DNA from: the human T2T-CHM13v2.0 reference genome, Homo sapiens
Assembly (NCBI RefSeq): GCF_009914755.1
Contig: NC_060925.1
Strand: one strand, 5' to 3'
DNA length: 64,000 nucleotides
The translations under genes and the position numbers were made by a program. This document shows, one piece after another, positions 15,682-29,079 of this stretch (positions are counted from its first letter, which is position 1; each line of letters starts with the position of its first letter). The notes below the pieces were generated by a model. The model saw only the letters and a program-made list of their open reading frames with translations, was not told where the DNA came from and did not search any database.

Positions 15682-15883
15682 TTCCTTTCCTTTTCTCCCT
15701 CCCTCCCTCCTTTCTTTCTTTCTTTTCTTCCTTCCTTCCTTCTTTCTTTCCTTCCTTTCTTTCTTTCTCTTTCTTTCTTCCTTTCTCTTTCTCTCTTTCT
15801 CCCTTTCTCTCTCTCTCTTTCTTTCTTCCTTTCTTTCTTTCCTTCTCTCTCCCTTCCTTCCTTCTCTCCTTCCTTCCTTCCCT
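15682..15883. repeat. Pure pyrimidine (TTTC/TTCC/CT)n low-complexity tract
   Basis: Direct reading. Confidence 0.95.
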
Positions 15884-16020
15884 TAGTAAATATCAACAGA
15901 GATTTTCTACTGATTAAACTGTTTCAAACAACTAACTTTTGGTTTTATGGTTCCTTTCTAAGGCACATTTGTTTTCTTTATCATTACTGTCTGCTTTATC
16001 ATTCTTTCCTTCTACTTTCT

Positions 16021-16465
16021 TTTAAAAATTTTGTGTAAATTTTTGGGGTGCAAATATAATTTTGTCACATGGATTTATTGCATAATGATGAAGTCAGGGC
16101 TTTTATGGTATCCATCACTCAAAAAATGTGCATTGTACCTATTGAGTCATATCTCATTATCCACCCCGCCCCTTCTGAGTCTCTACTGTCTGTCATTCCA
16201 CACTCACATCTATGTATACACATTATGTAGCTCCCACTTCTAAATGTGAACATGTGATATTTGTCTTTGTATTCAACTTGTTTCACTTAAAAAGTAATGG
16301 CCTCCCATTCCATCCATGATGCTGCAAAAGACATGACCTCATCTTTTTTATGGCTAAATAGTATTCCATTGTGTATATATATCACATTTTTTTAATCTAA
16401 TCACCCATTGATGGACACTGAAGTCAATTCCATATCTTTGCTATTGTGAATAGTGCTATGATAAC
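16021..16465 (-). mobile_element. 5'-truncated L1MA/L1PB 3' end
   Basis: L1 3' UTR motifs; flanking duplication ttctactttct at ~16010 and ~16471. Confidence 0.8.
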
Positions 16466-17185
16466 TTTTTTTCTACTTTCTATGGATGTATTCTGCTGTG
16501 CTCTTTTTCTTAAAGTTAAGTTGTATGCTTGTCTCCTTATTTTAGACATTCTTTTTTCTAGTTAATACTTAAGTTAATAGAGTACTGTTTTTGCTGTCTC
16601 ACAAGTTTGATATGTATTATTTTTATCATTATTTATGTCAATATTTTATCATTTCTTTTTTTTTAATTGGACAAGGGAGTGGCTCAGAAGTCTATTTTGG
16701 ACACCAAAATATCATGTTGTATACCATAAATATACACAATTTCTTTTTTTAAAGAAGCCTGTTTTTAATGTCTAAATGTATAGTTTTCTCTGGGTGCTTC
16801 TTATTGTTGTTAATATTCTCTAATATAATTGCATGTGCTCAAAGAAAGTGTTCCCGTAAAATGCAATCTCAAAAGTTGATGGGAATAGCGTTATAACCTA
16901 GGAGAAGGTGAATTTTCACAGGAATTCTGTATGTCTATTTTGCGACTTCTTAAAATGTTCATTTTACTTCTTTTTAACTTTTTTATTATACTTTAAGTTC
17001 TAGGACACGTGCAGAACATGCAGGTTTGTTACATAGGTATACATGTGTCATGGTTGTTTGCTGCACCCATCAACCTGTCATCTATATTAGGTATTTCTCC
17101 TAATGCTATCCCTCCTCTAGCCCCTCATCCTCCAACAGGCCCTGGTGTGTGATGTTTCCCTCCCTGTGTCCATGTGTTCTCATTG

Positions 17186-20100
17186 TCCAACTCCCACTTA
17201 TGAGAGACAACATGTGGCATTTGGTTTTCTGTTCCTGTGTTAGTTTGCTGAGAATGATGGCTTCCAGCTTCAACCATGTCCCTGCAAAGGACATGAACTC
17301 ATCCTTTTTTATGGCTGCATACTATTCCGTTGTGTATATGTGCCACATTTTCTGTATCCAGTCTATCACTGATGGACATCTGGGTTGGTTCCAAGTCTTT
17401 GCTATTGTGAATAGTGCTGCAATAAACATACCTTTGCATGTGTCTTTATAGTACAATGATTTATAATCCTTTGGGTATATACCCAGTAATGGGATGGCTG
17501 GGTCAAATGGTATTTCTGGTTCTAGATCCTTGAGGAATCACCACACTGTCTTCCACAATGGTTGAGCTAATTTACACTCCCACCAACAGTGTAAAAGCAT
17601 TCCTATTTCTTCCCATCCTCCCCCACATCTGTTGTTTCCAGACATTTTAATGATCGCCATTCTAACTGGCATCAGATGGTATCTCATTATGGTTTTGATT
17701 TGCATTTCTCTAATGAACAGTGATGATGAGCTTTTTAAAAGATGTTTGTTGGTCACATAAATGTCTTCTTTGGAGAAGTGTCAGTTCATGTCCTTCACCC
17801 ACTTTTTGATGGGGTTGTTTGATTTTTTTCTTGTAAATTTGTTTAGGTTCCTTGTAGATTCTGAATATTAGCCCTCTGTCAGATGGATAGATTGCAAAAA
17901 TTGTCTCCTATTCTGTAGGTTGCCTGTTCACTCTGATGATATTTTCTTTTGCTGTGAAGAAGCTCTTTAGTTTAAATAGATTCCATTTGTCAATTTTGGC
18001 TTTTGTTGCCATTGCTTTTAGTGTTTTAGTCATGAAGTCTTTGCCCATGCCTGTGTCCTGAAGGGTATTGCCTAGGTTTTCTTCTAGAGTTTTTATGGTT
18101 TTAGGTCTTACATTTAAGTCTTTAATCCACCTTGAGTTAGTTTTTGTATAAGGTGTAAGGAAGAGGATCCAGTTTCAGTTTTCTGCATATGGATAGCCAG
18201 TTTTCTCAACACCATTTACTAAATAGGGAATCCTTTCCCTGTTGCTAGTTTTTGTCAGGTTTGTCAAAGATCAGATGGTTGATCTTTGACAGATGTGTGG
18301 CATTATTTCTGAGGCCTCTGTTGTGTTCCATTAGTCTATATATCTGTTTTGGTACCAGTACCATGCTGTTTTGGTTACTGTAGCCTTGTAGTATAGTTTG
18401 AAGTCAGGTAGCATGATGCCTCCAGCTTTGTTCTTTTTGCTTAGGATTATCTTGGCTATATGGGCTCTTTCTTGGTTACATATGAAATTTAAAGTAGTTT
18501 TTTCTAATTCTGTGAAGAAAGTCAGTGGTAGCTTGATGGGGATAGCATTGAATCTATAAATTACTTTGGGCAGTGTGGCCATTTTCCAAATATTGATTCT
18601 TCCTATCCATGAGCATGTAATGTTTTTCCATTTGTTTGTGTCTTCTCTTATTTCCTTGAGCAGTGGTTTGTAGTTCTCCTTGAAGAGGTCTTTCAATCCC
18701 CTGTAAGTTGTATTCCCAGGTATTTTATTCTCTTTGTAGCACTTGTGAATGGGAGTTCACTCATGATTTGGCTCTCTGTTCATCTATTATTGGTGTATTG
18801 CAATAGTTGTGATTTATGCACATTGATTTTGTATCCTGAGACTTTGCTGAAGTTGCTTATCAGCTTAAGGAGATTTTGGGCTGAGACAATGGGGTTTTCT
18901 AAATATACAATCATGTCATCTGCAAACAGACACAATTTGACTTTCTCTCTTCCTATTTGAATACCCTATATTTTTTTCTCCTGCCTGATTGCCCTGGCCA
19001 GGACTACCAATACTGTGTTGAATAGGAGTGGCAAGAGAGGGCATCCTTGTCTTGTGCCGATTTTCAAAGGGAACGCTTCCAGCTTTTGCCCATTCAGTAT
19101 GATATTGACTGTGGGTTTGTCATAAATAGCTCTTATTATTTTGAGATACGTTCCGTTAATACCTAGTTTATTGAGAGTTTTTAGCATGAAGGTGTGTTGA
19201 ATTGTATCGAAGGCCTTTTCTGCATTTGTTGAGATAATCATGTGGTTTTTGTCATTGGTTCTGTTTATGTGATAGATTAGGTTTATTGATTTGTGCGTGT
19301 TGAACCAGCCTTGCATCTCAGGGATGAAGCTGACTTGATCGTGGTAGATAAGTTTTTTGATGTGTTGCTGGATTTGGTTTGTCAGTATTTTATTGAGGAT
19401 TTTTGCATTGCTGTTCATCAGGGATATTGGCCTGAAATTTTCTTTTTTTGTTGTGTCTCTTCCAGGTTTTGATATCAGGATGATGCTGGCTTTATAAAAT
19501 GAGTTAGAGAGGAGTCCCTCTTTTTCTATTGTTTGAAATAGTTTCAGAAGGAATGGTACCAGCTCCTCTTTGTACCTCTGGTAGAATTTGGCTGTGAATC
19601 TGTCTGGTCCTGGACATTTTTTGGTTGGTAGGCTATTACTTATTGCCTCAATTTCAGAACTTGTTATTGGTCTATTCAGAGATTTGATTTCTTCCTGGTT
19701 TAGTCTTGGGAGGGTGTATGTGTCCAGGAATTTATCCATTTCTAAATTTTCTAGTTTATTTGGATAGAGGTGTTTATAGTATTCTCTGATGGTAGTTTGT
19801 ATTTCTGTGGGATTGGTGGTGATATCCCCTTTACCATTTTTTATTGTGTCTATTTGATTTTTCTCTCTGTTCTTCTTTATGAGTCTGGCTAGCAGTCTAT
19901 TTTGTTAATCTTTTCAAAAAACCACCTCCTGGATTCATTGATTTTTTGAAGGTTTTTTTTTGTCTCTATCTCCTTCAGTTTTGCTCTGATTTTATTTATT
20001 TCTTGTCTTCTGCTAGCTTTTGAATTTGTTTGCTCTTGCTTCTCTAGTTCTTTTAATTGTGATGTTAGGGTGTCAATTTTAGATCTTTCCTGCTTTCTCC

Positions 20101-21008
20101 TGTGAGCATTTAGTGCTATAAATTTCCTTCTAAACACTGCTTTAACTGTGTCCCAGAGATTCTGGTGTGTTATGTCTTTGTTCTCTTTGGTTTCACAGAA
20201 CTTATTTATTTCTTCCTTAATTTCATTATTTACCCTGTAGTCATTCAGGAGCAGGATGTGCAGTTTCTATGTAGTTGTGTGGTTTTGAGTGAGTTTCTTA
20301 ATCCCGAGTTCTAATTTCATTGCACTGTGGTCTGAGAGACTGTTATGATTTCCATTCTTTTGCATTTGCTGACGAGTATTTTACTTTGTATTATGTGGTC
20401 AATTTTAGAGTAAGTGTGATGTGATGCTGAGAAGAATGTATATTCTATTGATTTGGGGTGGAGAGTTCTGTAGATGTCTATTAGGTCTGCTTGGTCCAGA
20501 GCTGAGTTCAAATCCTGAATATCTTTGCTAATTTTCTGCCTTGCTGATCTGTCTAATATTGACAGTGGGGTGTTAAAGTCTCCCACAATTATTGTGTGGG
20601 AGTTTAAATCTCTTCATAGGTCTCTAAGAACTTGCTTTATGAATCTGGGTGCTCCTGTATTTGGTGCATGTATATTGAAGATAGTTAGCTTTTCTTGTTG
20701 CATTGATCCCTTTACCATGACATAATGTCCTTATTTATCTTTTTGATCTTTGTTGGTTTAAAGCTGTTTTATCAGAGACTAGGATTGCAACCCCTGCTTT
20801 TTTTATTTCTATTTGCTTGGTAAATATTCCTCCATCTCTTTATTTTGAGCCTAGTGTGTCTTTGCATGTGAGATGGGTCTCCTAAACACAGCACATTGAT
20901 GGGTCTTGATTCTTTATCCAATTTGCCAGTATGTGTCTTTTAATTGGGAGCATTTAGCCCATTTACATTTATGGTTAATATTGTTATGTGTGAATTTGAT
21001 CCTGTCAT
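17186..21008 (-). pseudogene. Disrupted L1 ORF2 (endonuclease/reverse transcriptase)
   Basis: Start ATGACAGGATCA at 21008; fragments [36 protein letters not shown] (18915-18926), HCWWECKL; broken by stops/frameshifts. Confidence 0.93.
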
Positions 21009-21072
21009 TATGATGCTAGCTGATTTTTTTGCCCGTTAGTTGAAGCAGTTTCTTCATAGTGTTGATGGTCTG

Positions 21073-22090
21073 TATAATTTGGTATGTTTTTCCAGTGGCT
21101 GGTACCAGTTTTTCCTTTCCATATTTAGTGCTTCCTTCAGGAGTTCTTGTAAGGCAGGCCTGGTGGTGACAAAAGCTCTCAGCATTTTCTTCTCTGTAAA
21201 GGGTTTTATTTCTCTTTCACTTATGAAGCTTAGTTTGGCTGGATATGAAATTCTGGGTTGAAAATTCTTTTCTTTAAGAATGTTTAATATTGGCCCTCAG
21301 TCTCTTCTGACTTGTAGGATTTCTGCAGAGAGATCTGCTCTTAGTCTGATGGGTTTCCGTTTGTGGGTAACCCGACCTTTCTCTCTGGCTGCCCTTAACA
21401 TTTTTTCCTTCATTTCAACCTTGGTGAGTCTGACGATTATATGTCTTGGGGTTCCTCTTCTCGAGGAGTATCTGTGGTGTTCTCTGTACTTCCTGAATTT
21501 GAATGTTGGCCTGTCTTGCTAGGTTGGGGAAGTTCCCCTGGATAATATCCTGAAGAGTGTTTTCCAACTTGGTTCCATTCTCCCTGTCACTTTCTGGTAC
21601 ACCAATCAAATGTAGATTTGGTCTTTTCGCTTAGTCCCATATTTCTTGGTGGCTTTGTTAATTTCTTTTTACTCTTTTTTCTCTAATCTTGTCTTCTCAC
21701 TTCATTTCATTAAGTTGGTCTTCAGTCTCTGATATCTTTCTGCTTGATTGATTCAGCTATTGATACTTGTGTGTGCTTCACGAAGTTCTCATGTTGTGTT
21801 TTTCAGCTCCATCAGGTCATTTATGTTCTTCTCTAAACTGGTTATTCTAGTTAGCAATTCCTCTAATCTTTTTCAAGGTTCTTAGCTTCCTTGTGTTGGG
21901 TTAGAACATGCTCTTCTAGCTCAGAGGAGTTTGTTATTACCCACCTTCTGAAGCCTACTTCTGTCAGTTTGTCAAATTCATTCTTCGTCCAGTTTTGTTC
22001 CCTTGCTGGCAAGGAGCTGTGATCCTCTGGAGGAGAAGAGGCGTTCTGGTTTTTGGAATTTTCAACATTTTTGCACTGGTTTTTCCTCAT
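21073..22090 (-). pseudogene. Disrupted L1 ORF1
   Basis: MRKNQCKNVENSKNQNASSP and IGVPESDRENGTKLENTLQDIIQ fragments in different frames. Confidence 0.9.
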
Positions 22091-23406
22091 CTTTGGGGAT
22101 TTATCTACCTTTGGTCTTTGATGTTGGTGACCTTTGGATGGGGTTTCTGTGTGGACGTCCTTTTTGTTGATGTTGATGCTATTCCTTTCTGTTTGTTAGT
22201 TTTCCTTCTAAAAGTCAGGCCCCTCTGCTGCAGGTCTGCTGGAGTTTGCTGGAGGTCCACTCCAGACCTTGTTTGCCTGGGTATCACCAGTGGAGGCTGC
22301 AGAACAGCAAAGATTGCTGCCTGTTCCCTCCTCTGGAAGCTTCATCCCAGAGGCGCACCCATCAGATGCCAGCTGGAGCTCTCCTGTATGAGGTGTTTGT
22401 CGACCCCTGCTGGGAGATATCTCCTAGTCAAGAGGCACTGGGGTCAGGGACCCACTTGAGGAGGCAGTCTGTCCCTTAGCAGAGCTTGAGCGCTGTGCTG
22501 GGAGATCCACTGCTCTCTTCAGAGTCAGCAGGCAGGAACGTTTAAGTCTGCTGAAGCTCTGCCCACAGATGCCCCTTCCCCCAGGTGCTCTGTCCCAGGG
22601 AGCTGGGAGTTATCTGTAAGCCCCTAACTGGGGCTGCTGGCTTTCTTTCAGAGATGCCCTGCCCAGAGAGGAGGAATCTGGAAAGGCAGTCTGGCTACAG
22701 CGACTTTGCCGAGCTGAGGTGGGCTCTGTCCAGTTTGAACTTCCTGGCAGCTGCGTTTACACAGTCAGGGGAAAACCGCCTAATCAAGCCTCAGTAATGA
22801 CAGACGCCCCTCCCCCCATCAAGCTCAAGCATCCCAGGTCGACTTCAGACTGTAGTGCTGGCAGCGAGAATTTCAAGCCAGTGGATCTTAGCTTGTTGGG
22901 CTCTGTGGGGGTGGGATCCGCTAAGCTAGACCACTTGGCTCCCTGGCTTCAGCCCCCTTTCCAAGGGAGTGAGCAGTTAGGTCTCACTGGCATTCCAGGC
23001 ACCACTGGGGTATTAAAAAAAACTCCTGTAGCTAGCTCAGTGGCTGCCCAGTTTTGTGCTTGAAACCCAGGGCCCTCGTGGTGTAGGAACCCGAGGGAAT
23101 CTCCTGGTCTGCGGGTTGCGAAGACGGTGAGAAAAGCATAGTATCTGGGCGGGAATGCACAGTTCCTCACGTGCACAATCCCTCACGGCTTCCCTCGGCT
23201 AGGGGAGCGAGTTCCCCGACCCCTTCTCTTCCTGGGTGAGGCGACGCCCCACCCTGCTTCAGGGTGCACCCACCGTGTAACCAGTCCCAGTGAGATGAGC
23301 CTGGTACCTCAGTTGGAAATGCAGAAATCACCCTCCTTCTGCATTTATCTCGCTGGGAGCTGTAGACCGGAGCTGTTCCTATTCTGCTATCTTGTCAGCC
23401 ACCTCC

Positions 23407-25730
23407 CTGTATGTCTTTTAAAAGGATGTTTTCTCTAGTTTTGAGGTATAATGTTTCTCTCTCTCTATCAACAAGGTTGTTAAATCTTGTGAAATGTGCT
23501 GTTCAAATATTCTATGTACTTATTAACATCTGATTTACTTGATTTATCAATTACAATAATCTACAAAGAGATTTTTAAATATCCCATTTTTGAGACAAAT
23601 TTTCATATTTTTTTCTTCCAGATACATCAATTTTTGCTTTATGTATTTTGAAGTTAAACGTTAAGGTCCTACAAGTTCATTTTTATGGATTGTACCTTTT
23701 ATCATTATCTCTAGTAAAATCTCTAGCAAAACTTATTTTCTTTAATGTCTATTTGTCAGCTTTAGGGGGATAATATTCACCTTGCATATGTATCTCCACT
23801 CATTGGCTTTCAATAACTTGAGATCTTTATGTTTTAGGTATACCTCTTGTAATAGGTATATGCATAGAATGCTTTTAACCCAATCTAATACCTGCTTCCA
23901 ACTATAGAATTTAGTCCATTTACATTAATATAGTTGCCAATGTACCAGATTTGGATTCTTTACTATAATTTTATCATATGCTTCTGTTCATCCACTTTTT
24001 TCTATTTGTGTTTTCTTTGGCCTTTTCTTGATGTCTTTTGGACTGACTGAGGGTCTTCTCCTCCACATACTGGCAATTCCATTTCTTCTTTCTACTTTGT
24101 TTGGAAATCATATTTTCATTCTTGTAAAGGAACTCTGTTGTGTGGATGTTTCATAGGGTATTCAACTAGTCATCTACTTACTACTGAACATATGGGCTGT
24201 TTTTGGCCTTTTGCTATTATTCATACTACTGCAATAAAGAGGCATTTGCTATTTCTATTCTTTTTAGAGCAGTTTCTAGCCTCATCATAGCTGTACTAGA
24301 TCTTCCAATATATACTTTTAGCTTATAAAGACTAAAGCAGCATCTTTAACCTCCTCTTGAACAGCAGAACCTTAGAAAACTTTAATAATAATTAACATCC
24401 CTTCAAATTACATTCTATGTTATCCGGTATTTTAATAATAGACTATTTTTGACCTATAAATTAGATATTATTAATATTGCTTTGTATTATAGGTGTACAT
24501 ATTCACCAATTTCTTTGCTTATCTTTCTTTCTTACATAACAAGCCTTTCATATGCTCATTTTGGAACTCGTTTAGTTCCTTGGACCTGAAAACCGGTGTC
24601 CTTCCACAATTCTAAAAAAATTCTTAGAATCTTTTAAAATATGACCCATTCTCCCTGTCTCCTGCTGGTACTTTTTGTTAAGAAAGTACTGTGCTATAGC
24701 CTATCATTTTAGCCTCTGTTTTCTATTCCATCTTTCATGTTTTGTTTTCCTTTATCTTTCTAAACTGCATTCTGAAAAATATTTTTGGCCTATCTTCAAG
24801 TTCATTAAATTTCTCTCTAGCCTTATCTAATCTGCTGGTTAATCCATCCACTGAGTTTTCATTTTTATTTATTGCTTTTTAAATCTTAGCAGTTCTATTT
24901 GGTTTTTAAATATCTTCATGGTCATTATGTGAAATCTATTTTCTAGCTCATATTTTCAAGTTCTTTCTGAGGACTTGTTTCAGCTCTCTGGAGCTGCTGA
25001 TTCTCACACACAGTACCTTATTTCCTTACAGGTTTTGGTGTTGGTGCTGTGAGTGGCTAATTTCCTTGGATCCAGTGGCTGGATTTCCTCAGATTCTTAG
25101 AAGCTGGCTTGACATTGAAGTCTAGCAAAGAGAATTCACGTCTGCTTTTCACAGCATCCTAGAGGTGTTACCAACCTAGAACCACTTTGAATATATTTAT
25201 CTATTTGTGATTTTTGGTGGTTGCAGAGGTTATGTGAATTTGGACCAAAAACTCTTGTAATATCTTAATTATGTATTCTCAGAGTAATTTTTTTGTTGTT
25301 GTTATTGTTTAGCACCAAGTCTAGCTAGGTAAGTTTCCTGGCTTTACTTTCTGCCCACTAGGGTTTATTTTTAGTTCACCCTAATACTTAAATTATAGCT
25401 CTTTGGGGTCTCAGGGTTATGCAGGTATTTTGCATCAGGTTCTTCACTGGGGTGGGCCCTAGGATTTTAATCCTGCCTTCCATGCCTATGTTGTCCTCAA
25501 AGCAGAAGCTCAAGTATTCCAGTTTTCAGCAGAAACCTTCAAGGTGAAAGCTAACTTTGCATTTGTCTGAGTCCCAAGGGTCCTGGTTATGCCTTGTTTT
25601 GTGTCTCTGTGGATTTCTTACCTCGGTTCCATGCAGCAATGCATTTTAAAGGAAAAATGTAGTGTTTATTCAACAATGCAGTTATTTCAATCAGAAGGGT
25701 TGTTCAGGACACCTAAATTGCCTTACTGAC
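23407..25730 (-). mobile_element. Continuation of ancient L1M remnant
   Basis: T-rich degenerate antisense L1 motifs (tttagtccatttacatt, ttaatccatccactgagttt). Confidence 0.55.
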
Positions 25731-26854
25731 AGAAACAAGAATTTAGCCTTTGATTTTGATGGAAGGTCTTTGTGACTCAATGACTAAACCCAAGCAACTC
25801 TACAATGGCCCTTGGAACACTACTCATGCTTCACCTCCCTCCACGACAGGTGCCTTACACGAAAACCAAAACACTAAACTGCCATTTTTTTTGCAAATTA
25901 CAAATGTTGGCGTTTCTGGTATGTTGCCTGTCACAAGTGAAGGATATGTTTTTCTAAGAGATTCTCTTGAGGAAAGAGTGGATTACTGTTGTGTAAAGGT
26001 TAAGATAACCAGATAAAACTGCTCCAGCTTAAAGATGAACTCTTCAGGACCATTTCAAAATGTTGCAAAGAGAATAACATCCAGGTTTATAATGAGCCCT
26101 CAAAGCAGCACTGCAGCTGCCAAGAATAGTTCAGAGCATGTTGAACCCTACAGTTTCCCTCTCTCCTGAGGCTCCATATTGCAGCCATTCACAACTGGAA
26201 GAGCACTATTTATTCAGCCCTCAAAATTATGAGAACCAAAATGGATTGCGCTCATTTGAAATGCAGATGTGACTGCACTGTAATTACAATTGCCCCTGTG
26301 ATTTTTGCTATGAAGCAAAAAGCCATCAAACAGAGATGAGAAAGATCTGGGCACAACAACAGGGAAATACTTTGGTCCTGGATTGAAGTAAATTTTAAAG
26401 TGCACACAAAGAAAAGGGAGAAATATCCCAGGGTCAAACTTGGCTGACATCACATTTTTTTCTCTTATTTGAATTAAATATCTTGCTTTGGACCCCATGA
26501 AGGTATGTTCCTCACTAAACATAGAGGAAAAAGAAGGGGAAATGTTCACTATCCTGTAGACAGTGTCTCATTAAAAAAAAAAAAAAAAAAACTAATATTT
26601 CTGAAGGATTCTTAGAGGCACATGGAAAAAGGCCTTTGCTTAAGTGACAAAGCCACATCTCCTTTTTAGGAAACACGGTCTACTTAAATGAGGTGCCAAA
26701 GATATAATATCACACCGTCTTATCCTAAAAATACCCACACACATACTGCATCTCACATTGCACACTCACTGTGGTCATTTCTTAGATGTACACACAATAT
26801 TACTGTTAGAGATGTCTTTAGGAGGCAATGATAGCATCACTTTTCCTGAGCCTT

Positions 26855-27075
26855 TTCATAGCGTAGTGGAAAGACTGAGTTCAAATTCTTGGGGTTGAAA
26901 TTTTGAGTTCACTTACCAGTTGTGACATCTTGGATAAATTACTACTTAACTTTTCTCCTTGTCAGTTCAGTCCACTTCTCTACATAGTGGCCATAATGAT
27001 GCCTATAACATGAGATGTTGTAAGGCTCCCTGCATGTAAAAATAAGACATATACAAATGTTGGTTGAGATTATCA
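26855..27075 (+). mobile_element. MIR
   Basis: catagcgtagtggaaagac...cacttaccagttgtgac...ttacttaac-like core. Confidence 0.6.
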
Positions 27076-27217
27076 TTAGGCATAAAGCACTATCTATTGA
27101 TTTATCTATCATCTCTCATAGCTAAGTGAGTTTTAGAAATGGAATGTAGCATGTACAATAGGAGAAATCCCATGTCTGGAGTGGATAGACCCAAAATGCA
27201 CTCTCCTCCTCTTTACT

Positions 27218-27523
27218 TTTTGTTTTGTTTTGTTTTGTTTTAGAGACAGGATCTAGCTATGTCGCCCAAGCTGGAGTGCATTGGTGTGATCAGGACTCAC
27301 TGCAGCCTCAAACTCCCAGGCTCAAGTGATCCTCCTCCCTCAGCCTTCTGAGTATCTGGGATTACAGGTGTATGCTACCATACCCAGATAATTTTTAAAT
27401 TTTTCTGTAGAGACAGGTTCTTACTGTGTTACCCAGGCTGAACTCGAACTCTTGACCTTAAGCCATCCTCCTGCTTTGGTCTCTCAAATTGCTGAGATTA
27501 TGGGCATGAGCCTCTGTACCTGG
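27218..27523 (-). mobile_element. AluJ
   Basis: cagcctcaaactcccaggctcaagtgatcctcc, diverged J-type dimer. Confidence 0.9.
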
Positions 27524-28700
27524 TCCTCTTTTAATCTTTATCCTACTGACACGTCCTGCAAGTTACAATGCCCATGCTCTGACATGACAAAAGTGAGAAG
27601 ACAATAGCGTTAAGGTCTTTGCTCAGTTGGAGTAAAGAATCCTAGGAGGGACTATGGCATTTGAGGCAGAAATAGGCCTTCAAGCCAGAAACTCATTTAG
27701 ATTCAATGACCTTGTGCTTTAGGGGCTCCTCTATTTAAACGTTAGAGTATTCTTGGGGGGATATTTATTAGCGAGGATGACGATGGAGGGAGGGTCACTA
27801 ATGGGAGAACCTTATGACCAACTTTGCCCAAGAAAAGCCTGAACTAGCCTGTACAACACTGTGCCCCCTCTGAGAGTTGGGGAGCACACCTTAAAGGTAA
27901 GAGCCCTTCCCTTTGGACTCCATGCCTGACACATGCGACCCCAACCACCTGCTCACAGGTAATTGGACCATGGGTGGGTGCCTCTTCCAGAGCTAGCTAA
28001 TTTATAGGCTGGCCTTTCATCTATAAGGTCAAGAGTCTCAGGCAACTCGATGCAACTTGGATGACGGGACTAACTGAATCACTCATATCCTCGCTCAAGG
28101 CGTTTGAATGTGAAACAGACACAAGAAAAGTGTATTTATAGGGAGCAGCAGGAGCAATAGGACAGTGAAAGAGAGGAACTGATCCACAACATGAAGGAAC
28201 CGGAGGGGAACAATGGAAGGCTATGATGTCCCCAAGGCTGCTGGTAAGCTGCAAAAACTCTTGTTGATCCTGAATGGTGTATCTGTCTTGAACATTTTAA
28301 ATTCCTTCTATTCCCATGTTGTTTTTAGGATAATTGTGTTTTAAAGAAAACTGGTCCCTGATCTTGGTTCTCATTATCAGAATATGTGCTTTTGGTTGTA
28401 GCATTCCGCTTTGCTTTTCCTAATAACTTAGTTATTAATAATTTGCTCTGAAAGCTTGAAAATTTGAGTATATATGATGTATGACATCAGTATGTGAGTT
28501 ACTGAGACAATGTAAGAGCTTATCAACCTTTGAAGATATTGGTACTCAACATCTTTTTTGACTGTAAATTTTCTAGATTTAACTTTTTCTGGATTAATTT
28601 CTTGGAAAGTCACCAAATTAATCATTTAGAAAAGAATTTAAAACTACATGGCTTCTTAAATTTTTGGTATGTTCATTAAGAATTGTGTACAAATTGCTCA

Positions 28701-29079
<379 letters not shown>

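Larger units (their letters stand above)
16942..23406 (-). mobile_element. Full-length L1PA (L1PA7-like), retrotransposition-dead
   Basis: 5' UTR start ggaggtggctgacaagatagcagaataggaacagctcc, ORF1, ORF2, 3' UTR; TSD ctgtatgtct at 16927 and 23407; TT/AAAA endonuclease site on minus strand. Confidence 0.95.

Noticed and set aside
18966-19739. 257-aa ORF as a functional reverse transcriptase gene
   Set aside because: It is a fragment of L1 ORF2 that ends before the FADD motif; neighbouring pieces are in other frames.
22585-23063. Plus-strand ORFs in the L1 5' UTR as ORF0
   Set aside because: Non-ATG starts; I cannot match them to ORF0 from memory.
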